64,000 nucleotides of DNA from positions 809,101-873,100 of the forward strand of contig OZ242265.1 of the NCBI GenBank assembly GCA_965207165.1, given 5' to 3'. The DNA comes from Gammaproteobacteria bacterium. GTDB taxonomy: Bacteria; Pseudomonadota; Gammaproteobacteria; Eutrophobiales; Eutrophobiaceae. Position 1 is the first letter of the stretch. Each line of letters begins with the position of its first letter. The notes under the pieces were generated by a model. That model was not told the DNA's origin, searched no databases, and saw nothing but the letters and a program-made list of their open reading frames with translations. The position numbers and the translations under genes were made by a program. This document shows, piece by piece, positions 37,229-45,640 of the stretch.

Positions 37229-38260
37229 TCAGGGACGGCGGAGTATGTTGATAACTGCTTCGGTCATCGGATTGGCGGCCGGGGTTGCAGGGGTGTCGAG
37301 GCAGGCATTGAAACGATCGTCCAGGTCTTCATTATCCATGCTGCCTCTTGCGCCGATGGCAACTACCTGTGATGCGGGGGCTGTCGCGCCCCAGGGTTCG
37401 CCTTTGGCCAGGGTCACGCGCTTGCCCGTCATCTGCAATATGACCCTCTTGTCCGGTACTTCACGGATATGGAGGATACCCTTACAGCGGAATACGGACA
37501 CGGGCAGCGACTGGAATGCCAGGTAAACGGTTTCAAATCCAAGCGGCCCGGCATGTTGCCATGAATAACTGGAGTAGGTGTGTTCGTGATGCGCATGCAG
37601 TCCGTGCCCGTGCTCTGAAACGTTGCCTGTATTCCTGTCCATAAGCCCCGGCGGTCCTGCATGTAACGACAGTCCCAGGATTAATTCCAGGGGTACTTTG
37701 GCTTGAAATGTCTTGATAATACGTGATTGTGGCGCTATCTCCTCCGTAAATCTGACAACTTGTTCATTGGCTGCGTCCGTAACAAGGTCGGTTTTATTGA
37801 TGATGGTGATATCGGCTACGGCTATCTGGTCTTCAGCCAGTTTCCCGTTTACCTCGTCGAGTTCAAGTAATTCACTGGCATCGATAACGGTGATGATGGC
37901 ATCGAGTTGCGTTGCCGCGGCAAGACGGGTGGACATAACCACGGCCATTGCCGCCGCCTTCGGGTCGGACACGCCGCTGGTTTCGACGACGATCATGTCG
38001 GGACGGGGTTCCAGTTCCAGCAGTTGCCCGATTGCGCCGACCAGGTCGTCCCGGATGCTGCAACAGACACAGCCGTTGGTCAGGCTGATGGTATCTCCTT
38101 CAACGCGGCTGACAAGCTGTGAGTCGATGTTGATTTCACCGAAATCGTTCACCAGCACACCGATGCGCCGGCCGTGTTCACCATTCAGGATATGGTTCAG
38201 CAGCGTTGTTTTGCCGGCGCCGAGGAAACCGGCGATCAGACTGACCGGAGTTTTAGCCAT
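37229..38260 (-). CDS. COG0523-family (CobW/YjiA/ZigA-like) metallochaperone GTPase
   Basis: Walker A (GFLGAGKTT), the diagnostic GCVCC motif, NKTD, and a His-rich linker (HGHGLHAHHEH). Confidence 0.9.
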   Translation of the reverse strand: MAKTPVSLIAGFLGAGKTTLLNHILNGEHGRRIGVLVNDFGEINIDSQLVSRVEGDTISLTNGCVCCSIRDDLVGAIGQLLELEPRPDMIVVETSGVSDPKAAAMAVVMSTRLAAATQLDAIITVIDASELLELDEVNGKLAEDQIAVADITIINKTDLVTDAANEQVVRFTEEIAPQSRIIKTFQAKVPLELILGLSLHAGPPGLMDRNTGNVSEHGHGLHAHHEHTYSSYSWQHAGPLGFETVYLAFQSLPVSVFRCKGILHIREVPDKRVILQMTGKRVTLAKGEPWGATAPASQVVAIGARGSMDNEDLDDRFNACLDTPATPAANPMTEAVINILRRP

Positions 38261-38311
38261 GGCTCGTGCTCGAATTGTAAACCATATTATTAACGATTAT
38301 ACTTTGAGAAA

Positions 38312-38435
38312 AATTAGGAATTAGGAATTAGGAATGGATGCGTAAAGTCCGGTATTAAGTTCTATTACAATTTATTTTATCAATAATTCAATCAAGCCTA
38401 TTTCATTTTAATTCGTAATTCCTTATTCCTAATTG
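38312..38435. repeat. AT-rich 124-bp element bounded by 24-bp imperfect inverted repeats built from tandem AATTAGG heptads
   Basis: Left arm AATTAGGAATTAGGAATTAGGAAT (38312-38335). Reverse complement of the right arm is AATTAGGAATAAGGAATTACGAAT (38412-38435). By my hand alignment 22 of 24 positions match. Lies in the divergent COG0523/hydantoinase intergenic region. Confidence 0.6.
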
Positions 38436-38440
38436 ACATC

Positions 38441-39832
38441 ATGACCTGCGAGTTACTCATCCGTAACGGCACCATTGTAACGCCGGAGAAATCTTTCCCG
38501 GGATATATCGCCGTCAACCAGGGCAGGATTGCTGCTGTGGGCACCGGGGACGCTTCAATCAGTGCGGCAAGACAAATCGATGCGCACGGTTGTCATGTTC
38601 TGCCCGGGGTCATCGACCCCCATGCGCACCTGGGTTACATGGATACGCTGGAAGCGGTAGAGACTGAGACCAGGGCCGCGGCCTGTGGCGGCGTCACTAC
38701 CCTCGGTGTTTATATCCTGGCGCTGAAGGAAGGCGTATTGAGGCAGTTCGACCGTTTTAAAAGTACCTTCGAAGGTAAGAGTTTCGTAGACGGGTTCTGG
38801 CACCTCATGGTGATTGACGCCATTACCACCAGTGAGATAGAGACCTGTCCGGCTGAAATCGGCCTGACATCGTTCAAGTTCAATATGGGCTACAAGGGCC
38901 CCCATGCGGACCTTATCGGCATCACCGCAACCGATGACGGGGCGGTGTACAAGGGCTTCCGCATGATCAACAGGTCCGGACCTCCCAGTCTCGCTGCCTG
39001 CCATACCGAGAACATCGATATTCACCTGATGCTCAGGGACGAACTGATTGCCCAGGGCCGTAATGATTTCGCGGTCTGGAACGAGTCGCGGCCTCCGTTT
39101 GTGGAAGCGGAATGCATGCACCGGGCGATTTACCTGGCGGAGAGCGCCGGCTGTCCCTTGTATATACCTCATATAACTATTGCCGAGGGCGTGGATATTA
39201 TTGCCGATGCGCGCAGGAAAGGTATTGAGGTAACCGGTGAAACCTGCCCGCAATACCTGACCCATAACAGTGAGGAACCGGCGCAGGTATTGCTGGACCA
39301 TCCGGCCTGCGCCTGTGTCAACCCGCCGCTGAGGGATAAGGCCGCCAACGAAAGGCTATGGCAAGGGATTGCGGAAGGAATCATACAATGTGTGGGTTCC
39401 GACCTGGCGCCCACCACCCTGGAAATGAAGGGAGAGGATATCTGGAACGCGCCCATGGGACTGGGCAACACCTCGGAACTGTTATTGCCTGTCATGCTGA
39501 GTGAAGGCGTCAACAAGGGTCGCATCAGCCTGGAGAAAATTACCGAGATATGCGCGCTGAACCCGGCCACAGTCTTCGGGCTTGCTCCCAGGAAAGGCCG
39601 GCTTGCAGTCGGCGCCGACGCGGATATCGTCATCGTTGACCTGGACAAGGAAGTCACGGTGAAAACGCAAAACCTGCGCAGCATGTGCGACTGGAGCATT
39701 TATGACGGCTGGACCCTGAAAGGCTGGCCGACCCATACCATACTGCGCGGCCAGGTCATCGTCGAAGACGGGGAGCCCGGCGCGCGCGGGGCAGGACAGG
39801 GCAGCTATATTTCCCGCAATGACATACAGTAA
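38441..39832 (+). CDS. Cyclic amidohydrolase (hydantoinase/dihydropyrimidinase/allantoinase family)
   Basis: LIRNGTIV start and metal-binding DPHAHL motif; 463 aa, typical of D-hydantoinase-like enzymes. Confidence 0.85.
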   Translation: MTCELLIRNGTIVTPEKSFPGYIAVNQGRIAAVGTGDASISAARQIDAHGCHVLPGVIDPHAHLGYMDTLEAVETETRAAACGGVTTLGVYILALKEGVLRQFDRFKSTFEGKSFVDGFWHLMVIDAITTSEIETCPAEIGLTSFKFNMGYKGPHADLIGITATDDGAVYKGFRMINRSGPPSLAACHTENIDIHLMLRDELIAQGRNDFAVWNESRPPFVEAECMHRAIYLAESAGCPLYIPHITIAEGVDIIADARRKGIEVTGETCPQYLTHNSEEPAQVLLDHPACACVNPPLRDKAANERLWQGIAEGIIQCVGSDLAPTTLEMKGEDIWNAPMGLGNTSELLLPVMLSEGVNKGRISLEKITEICALNPATVFGLAPRKGRLAVGADADIVIVDLDKEVTVKTQNLRSMCDWSIYDGWTLKGWPTHTILRGQVIVEDGEPGARGAGQGSYISRNDIQ

Positions 39833-39835
39833 GTA

Positions 39836-40741
39836 TTGAATGCGGCCGTGATGATCCCGGAACAGTACCGGCAGTACGAGGATACGGTCACCCTGGGCTG
39901 CGTGAACTACGGCAGTATCTGGAATGACAAGGCAGCCAGTATCGGCAAGGTCAAAAGGCTGATCGGCGAAGCCGCGGACCAGGGGATTAACATCCTCGTG
40001 TTTCCGGAGTTGTCGCTGAGTGGTTACGAATCGAATGAAGACAACACCATGCACCGGGAATTTGCCGAGACCATTCCCGGGCCTGCCACTGAGGAAATTG
40101 CCGCACTGACGAAAAAACTGGATATCTACGTGATCCTGGGGATGCCGGAACGGGACCCCGGTGACGCCGACACCTGTTACATTTCCTGCCCGCTGCTCGG
40201 GCCGGAAGGGTTTATCGGCAATTACCGGAAACTTCACCTGGGGACGCCACCGCTGTTCAGGGAGAGTTTATGCTTCACGGGCGGCGACAGCGTGCCGGTA
40301 TTTGCCACGCGCTATGGCCCGGTAGGGATACAGATCTGCGCCGATTTCTGGGTCTTCCCGGAACTTTCCCGCATCCTGATGCTGAAGGGCGCACGTATCA
40401 TCGTCAACAGCACCGCCAGCATGTCCATGCCGGGGAGGCCGTTTTATATCACCTCCATGACCGCGGCCCGGGCAACAGAAAATATGGTGTACACGGCCAG
40501 CGCCAACCTCGTCGGCAAGGAGCGCTCGCTTTCGTATTACGGTTACAGTACCATCGCGGGACCGTCCTACCCGCGTTTTTCCCATGTCTATGCCCAGGCG
40601 GAAGACAAGGAAGAGATCATCAGCGCCACACTGAGTTTTGACAAGTTGCACCGGTTCCGTGAAGCAGTGTCATTGGATAAGCTTCGGCGCTCTGACGTCA
40701 TATCTGATGAATTTAATAAACTGGATACAAGCAGGAATTAG
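39836..40741 (+). CDS. Carbon-nitrogen hydrolase (nitrilase superfamily; N-carbamoyl-amino-acid amidohydrolase-like)
   Basis: E-K-C triad context (VFPELSLSGY, YRKLHL, ICADFW). Start is ambiguous (TTG 39836, GTG 39848, ATG 39851). Confidence 0.85.
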   Translation: MNAAVMIPEQYRQYEDTVTLGCVNYGSIWNDKAASIGKVKRLIGEAADQGINILVFPELSLSGYESNEDNTMHREFAETIPGPATEEIAALTKKLDIYVILGMPERDPGDADTCYISCPLLGPEGFIGNYRKLHLGTPPLFRESLCFTGGDSVPVFATRYGPVGIQICADFWVFPELSRILMLKGARIIVNSTASMSMPGRPFYITSMTAARATENMVYTASANLVGKERSLSYYGYSTIAGPSYPRFSHVYAQAEDKEEIISATLSFDKLHRFREAVSLDKLRRSDVISDEFNKLDTSRN

Positions 40742-40752
40742 CAGGGGGCAAC

Positions 40753-41214
40753 ATGCCGGAGATCAGCAAGGAAATTATCGTCGATGCGCCGCTGCAAAAG
40801 ACCTGGGAACTGGTCAGCGACATGGAACGGTTCAGCCTGTGCATCCCCGGGTGCAAGGAAGTCAGGACGGTAAGCGAAACGGAATTCGACTGGAAACTGG
40901 AGACCAAAGTACTGCGCACCACGCGCAAGGCGACCGCCAGGACCACGGCGGTGAAGATGGAACCGCCGACCCACGCGGAATTCGTCGGTGAGGGGAGATT
41001 GTTCGAGCGCTCGAACCACTACAAGCTGACGATAACGGGTACAACCGACCTTGAAACACTGGAACAGGACAGGACCCGGATAGTTTTCTCCGGTGATGTC
41101 AGGGCCAGCGGCCTGGGCGGCGCCATCATCGAGAAAGTGGCGGCCGGACAAATGGGTGGTTTGTTTGATGAATTTGAGCAGAATATCAAGCAGGCGTTAG
41201 CAGCGGGCGGCTAA
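40753..41214 (+). CDS. CoxG-like SRPBCC protein
   Basis: N-terminal pattern IIVDAPLQKTWELVSDMERFSLCIPGC, typical of the CoxG family. Precedes the M-S-L subunit genes. Confidence 0.75.
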   Translation: MPEISKEIIVDAPLQKTWELVSDMERFSLCIPGCKEVRTVSETEFDWKLETKVLRTTRKATARTTAVKMEPPTHAEFVGEGRLFERSNHYKLTITGTTDLETLEQDRTRIVFSGDVRASGLGGAIIEKVAAGQMGGLFDEFEQNIKQALAAGG

Positions 41215-41247
41215 CCGCAACAAGCGAATGAATATGAGGAATAACTG

Positions 41248-42114
41248 ATGGAATACTACAGTCCGACGGATCTCAACGAGGCCTACGCTCTGCTGGATAA
41301 ATACGGCGAGGACGCCATTCCCATCGCCGGGAGTACATTTTACATGGGCCACCGGGAAGAACTGTTCGATGAGGTGGAAGCGGTGGTCAATATCAAGCAA
41401 CTGGGCTTGAGTTATATCAGGCAGGACGGTGATGGCCTGCATATCGGCGCCACGACCACGTTGAACGAGATATTTGCCCATGGTCTTACCCGCAAGGGCC
41501 CGTTCGGCATCCTGGCAACAACCGTACAGGAGTTGAATATCAATGAAGTGAGAAATATGGCTACCATCGGCGGTGAGGTATGCATCGCCGGCGAGGTGGA
41601 CATGCCGACAACCTTGCTGGCCTATGATGCCGATATCGTCATCGGCGGCAGCAAGGGAGTACGCCGGATGTCCATGGCTGATTTCCATATCGGCTACCTG
41701 AACAATGCCCTGGAACCGGGCGAGATGGTGCTTGAAGTCCAGCTTCCGCAGCCGCCCGCAAACACCGGCGGGGGATTTGCAAAGTTCGAAAGAACCGCGG
41801 CAGACCTGCCCATCGTCAACGTGGCGACCCGGATATCGCTGGATGACGCCGGGGTCTGTACGGACGCAAGAGTGGTTGCCGGAGCGGCCACCCTGTCCGG
41901 CATACCCGAACGCTCCGGCGCAGCGGAAGCCGCGCTGCTCAACCAGGTGATTGACGCTGCGCTGATTGAAGCGGCCGCTGCTGCGTCCGCCGATGTAGCG
42001 TGTATCAATGATTTCCGGGTGTCTGCGGAAATCCGTAGTCTCTGGGTGAAGTGCGGCATCGAAGACGCGTTAGAACGGGCTGTCGCAGCAGTCCGGCAGG
42101 GAGAACAATCGTGA
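41248..42114 (+). CDS. Molybdenum hydroxylase FAD-binding medium subunit (CoxM/XdhB-like)
   Basis: FAD-binding PCMH-type pattern (IAGSTF..., ATIGGEV), 288 aa. Confidence 0.85.
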   Translation: MEYYSPTDLNEAYALLDKYGEDAIPIAGSTFYMGHREELFDEVEAVVNIKQLGLSYIRQDGDGLHIGATTTLNEIFAHGLTRKGPFGILATTVQELNINEVRNMATIGGEVCIAGEVDMPTTLLAYDADIVIGGSKGVRRMSMADFHIGYLNNALEPGEMVLEVQLPQPPANTGGGFAKFERTAADLPIVNVATRISLDDAGVCTDARVVAGAATLSGIPERSGAAEAALLNQVIDAALIEAAAAASADVACINDFRVSAEIRSLWVKCGIEDALERAVAAVRQGEQS

Positions 42115-42590
42115 ATGCGATCAATTTGAAGATAAACAATGAGCACTATGATGTGCTGGTAAAACCGCACTGGTCCCTGGCCTACGTCATCAGGGAAAAG
42201 GTGGGGTTAACCGGGACAAAAACCGGTTGCGAGATGGGTACCTGCGGTTCATGCACCCTGCTGCTGGACGACAAACCGGTCTTTTCCTGCCTGAGGATGG
42301 CCATTGACGCACAGGGTTGCGACATACGCACCATCGAAGGAGTGGAAGAGGAAAATAATGGCGAACTGCACCCCCTGCAGGAAGCCTTTATCCAGGACCA
42401 CGGTATGCAATGCGGGTTCTGCACGCCCGGAATGATTATCGCAGCCAAGTACCTGCTGGAGCACAACCCGGACCCGACCGAACAGGAGGTGCGCGAAGCC
42501 ATAGGCGGGCATTTGTGCCGTTGCGGCACCTATATCAGGATTGTGCGTTCCATATTGAACGCGGCTGCAGTGATGCGTGCCGGCAATTGA
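42111..42590 (+). CDS. Molybdenum hydroxylase [2Fe-2S] small subunit (CoxS/XdhC-iron-sulfur-like)
   Basis: Both cluster motifs are present (GCEMGTCGSCT and CGFCTPG...CRCGTY). GTG start at 42111 overlaps the medium-subunit stop (GTGA). The track start at 42051 runs through the preceding gene. Confidence 0.9.
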   Translation: MNAINLKINNEHYDVLVKPHWSLAYVIREKVGLTGTKTGCEMGTCGSCTLLLDDKPVFSCLRMAIDAQGCDIRTIEGVEEENNGELHPLQEAFIQDHGMQCGFCTPGMIIAAKYLLEHNPDPTEQEVREAIGGHLCRCGTYIRIVRSILNAAAVMRAGN

Positions 42591-42642
42591 AAAAGACGGC
42601 CAAGGTTTGAAATATCACAATTAGAGATAGAGGTAGTAAAAA

Positions 42643-44949
42643 ATGACAACTGAAACGTCCGTGATCGGCAAGAGTTTACCCATGCTGGATGCTTACGAAA
42701 AAGTAACCGGCAAGTTGAAATACGCCGGTGACATGCCGGCGCATCATCGCATGCACTATGCCAAGGTGCTGCGCAGTCCCTATGCGCATGCGCGGGTCGT
42801 TGCGATCGATACATCTGCAGCAGAGGCGTTGCCGGGGGTCAGTGCGGTGATCACCCACCAGGACGATATTACCGGCAAACAAAAGACCTGCGGCACGCCC
42901 TGGGTGGATCCCAGTTTCAACTTTCGCGGCCCCATGATTTCAGAGGAGGTCTGTTTTGTCGGTGACGAGGTTGCAGCCGTATCGGCAGTGGACGAAGACG
43001 TCGCCAGGGAAGCCCTGAAATTAATCGAGGTGGAGTACGAGGAACTGCCGGCGGTGTTCGACCTGGAAGAAGCCATGCGCGCGGACGCGCCGCAGGTCCG
43101 TCCCTGGGGCCCCAATACCCTGCCGCCGTCGTTATTCGAGTGGGGCGACATCGAGCAGGGTTTTGCCGAGGCGGACATGATCCTCGAAAACCGGGTAACC
43201 ATGGGCAACCAGCAGCATGCGCCGCTGGACCGGAATGCCTGTATTGCCAGCTGGGAGGGAGACAGGCTCTCTGTCTGGACTTCAACCCAGGCGCTGTTCT
43301 GGATGCGGGATGCACTGACCGACTTCTTTGACCTGTCTCCCAGCAAGGTGCGGGTGTACAGCACGCCTACCGGCGGTTCTTTCGGACTCTGGTGGGGGAA
43401 CAACTTCATGTTCCTGGCTGCCGCACTGGCGCGCAAGTCGAAACGCCCGGTACGCCTGGTATTGACGCGGGATGAGGTGCAGACGACCGTGAAGCGGCGC
43501 GAACGGCCGCTTATCGACGTGAAGATAGGGCTGACCAAAGACGGCCGGATCACCGCCCAGTCATTTCGCCATATCCTGGATAACGGCGCTTACGGCAACA
43601 AGTTCGACCCCTACCAGTCCGTCGCGGATATCTATACCACCGAACATGGCCGGGTGGAGTTTATCGGCGTGGCGACCAACCTGGTGACAGCCGGGTGCAT
43701 GCGCGGGGTCGGAGACCTGACCCTGGCCTACGCCATTGAACAGACTGTGGACATGGCCGCGGAAAAGCTCGATATGGACCCGGTCGAGTTTCACCTGATG
43801 AACCACTGGAAGACCGGCGATATCTGCCATACTTCCCAGGAGGTCGTATTCGCCAAACTGTTGTTCAACAAAAACCCGCAGGTCGAACTGACCAGTTCCG
43901 GACTGGCCGAATGTATTACCCGGGGCGCCGAGGCCATTGACTGGAACAACAAGTGGAAGGGCTGGGGCAAGCCGTCTGCGCTGGAAGGGCACAAGGTGCG
44001 CGGTATCGGCATGGGCATATCAACCCACATCAGCGGTCTGGCCTTTTTCGGATTTAACGGCATCACCGTCAAGGTCAACCCGGACGGCACCATGGCGTTG
44101 ACCACGGGTATCGGCCGTATGGGACAGGCCGGCGACACGACCCAGGCCATGGTCTGCGCCGAGGTCATGGGGGTGGAACTGGAAGATATTAACGTTATCG
44201 ACGGCGACTCCGAGGTGTGCGGACATACCATGGTCACCTTCGGCAGCAACGGGATGCACATGGTTGCCCGCGCCACCAAGGCCGCTGCCGAGCATGCACG
44301 GGAACAATTGCTTGAATACGCGGCAAAACACCTTGAGGCCAATGCGGCGGACCTGGATATCAAGGACCGCAGGGTCTTCGTCAAAGGCAGCGAGGAGCGT
44401 GGCGTTACCCTCAAGGAACTGATGAGCACGCCTATCTATGAATACCTCGCGCCGCCGGAAGTGATAGGCAGCGCTTCGAAAGGGGTAGAGTTCGAGAAGG
44501 CGGGCAAAATGATGATGGCGGATTTCGCCGAGGTCGAGATCGATACCCGCACTGCGCAAATGAAGCTGCTTAAATTTGTCGCGGTGCATGACAGCGGCAC
44601 CATCGTCAACCCGGCGGTATGCGAGAACCAGGTGGCCGGCGGCTACTACCAGTCAATGGGCTTCTCCACCACCGAGCACCTGGTATTCGACGATGAGACG
44701 GGCGCCATCCTCAACCCGAATTTCATGGATTACAAACTGATGGGACCCCTGGACATGCCTGATCCGGAGATCATGTTCGAAGAAGTATACGATGAACACG
44801 GGCCGTTCGGGGCAAAGGGAATAGGCGAAGGCGTCACCTGCGCGGTGCCGATTGCAATATCGAACGCCGTGTACAACGCCATCGGGGCGCGCATTGACCC
44901 GCCCATTACGCCGGACAAGATACTGCAGGCTCTGAAGCCTAAAACATGA
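42643..44949 (+). CDS. Molybdenum hydroxylase molybdopterin-binding large subunit (xanthine dehydrogenase/aldehyde oxidase family; not a CO dehydrogenase)
   Basis: 768 aa with a/b-hammerhead and MoCo domains. The active-site-loop region reads TAGCMRGVGD rather than the CODH signatures. Confidence 0.9.
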   Translation: MTTETSVIGKSLPMLDAYEKVTGKLKYAGDMPAHHRMHYAKVLRSPYAHARVVAIDTSAAEALPGVSAVITHQDDITGKQKTCGTPWVDPSFNFRGPMISEEVCFVGDEVAAVSAVDEDVAREALKLIEVEYEELPAVFDLEEAMRADAPQVRPWGPNTLPPSLFEWGDIEQGFAEADMILENRVTMGNQQHAPLDRNACIASWEGDRLSVWTSTQALFWMRDALTDFFDLSPSKVRVYSTPTGGSFGLWWGNNFMFLAAALARKSKRPVRLVLTRDEVQTTVKRRERPLIDVKIGLTKDGRITAQSFRHILDNGAYGNKFDPYQSVADIYTTEHGRVEFIGVATNLVTAGCMRGVGDLTLAYAIEQTVDMAAEKLDMDPVEFHLMNHWKTGDICHTSQEVVFAKLLFNKNPQVELTSSGLAECITRGAEAIDWNNKWKGWGKPSALEGHKVRGIGMGISTHISGLAFFGFNGITVKVNPDGTMALTTGIGRMGQAGDTTQAMVCAEVMGVELEDINVIDGDSEVCGHTMVTFGSNGMHMVARATKAAAEHAREQLLEYAAKHLEANAADLDIKDRRVFVKGSEERGVTLKELMSTPIYEYLAPPEVIGSASKGVEFEKAGKMMMADFAEVEIDTRTAQMKLLKFVAVHDSGTIVNPAVCENQVAGGYYQSMGFSTTEHLVFDDETGAILNPNFMDYKLMGPLDMPDPEIMFEEVYDEHGPFGAKGIGEGVTCAVPIAISNAVYNAIGARIDPPITPDKILQALKPKT

Positions 44950-45605
44950 GACAAGATATAGACGTTGCTGCAGAACAACTGAAACGGGACATACTCCAGG
45001 GACGCTTTGTCCCCGGACAACGCCTGGTGGAAGTGGATTTGATGTCCCACCTGGATATAACCCGGGGCAGGGTGCGTGACGTATTTAAACGCCTGCAGGC
45101 TGAAGGGATCGTGCAACTGGACAAGAACCGGGGCGCTTCGGTGAGGAAGGTTTCGCGTGAGGAGGTATACAACATTTTTGAGGTGCTGGAAGAGGTTTCC
45201 ATCCTGATCATCAGGAAGATCGGCAGCCGGAGTGAGGATGAGGTGATGCGCCGATATCTGGGGGAGTCTCTTGCTGCTGCCCGGAAATTCCATGACCGGT
45301 CGGTCAATATCATCAGGGTGCTCGACTACATGGATGAGAATGCCCGGTTCTGGGGGGACCTGGCTGACCTGGCCGGCAATCCGGTGCTGTCGGACATCAG
45401 GATACGCCTGCAGGCCCCGTTATTCAGGCTCGCAATGGAGGGATTGACGGTCAGCGGCAGCCATGAGCAATGGATAGCCGGGCATGAAGAGATAATTTCC
45501 GCCCTGCTCGACAGCGATATCACACAGGCGACGCGCCATGCGAGAACATCCATGCACGATGTCTGGAAAGCTATCCTGGAGTTGCCCGACAGCGCGTTTG
45601 CCTGA
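44946..45605 (+). CDS. GntR-family regulator with FCD domain
   Basis: ATG overlaps the large-subunit stop (ATGA). Winged HTH plus a helical FCD domain. Confidence 0.85.
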   Translation: MRQDIDVAAEQLKRDILQGRFVPGQRLVEVDLMSHLDITRGRVRDVFKRLQAEGIVQLDKNRGASVRKVSREEVYNIFEVLEEVSILIIRKIGSRSEDEVMRRYLGESLAAARKFHDRSVNIIRVLDYMDENARFWGDLADLAGNPVLSDIRIRLQAPLFRLAMEGLTVSGSHEQWIAGHEEIISALLDSDITQATRHARTSMHDVWKAILELPDSAFA

Positions 45606-45640
45606 TAACCATTCGGTCGGCGCCCGCTAGTGCCGCGGAT

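Noticed and set aside
38312-38337. Tandem AATTAGG repeats as a CRISPR array or a simple microsatellite
   Set aside because: The units are only 7 bp with no spacers, and there are fewer than four copies. The inverted partner 76 bp away makes a TIR or operator interpretation more sensible.
42051-42110. Longer 179-aa version of the [2Fe-2S] subunit ORF
   Set aside because: The first 20 codons overlap the end of the FAD-subunit gene in another frame and encode an Arg-rich non-native-looking peptide. The GTG at 42111 gives the canonical N-terminus and a GTGA stop-start overlap.
42643-44949. Annotating the CoxG-M-S-L-like cluster as aerobic CO dehydrogenase
   Set aside because: The large subunit lacks both CODH active-site signatures as I recall them (form I VAYRCSFR, form II AYRGAGR); the corresponding loop reads TAGCMRGVGD. 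The linked hydantoinase and carbamoylase also point to heterocycle catabolism.
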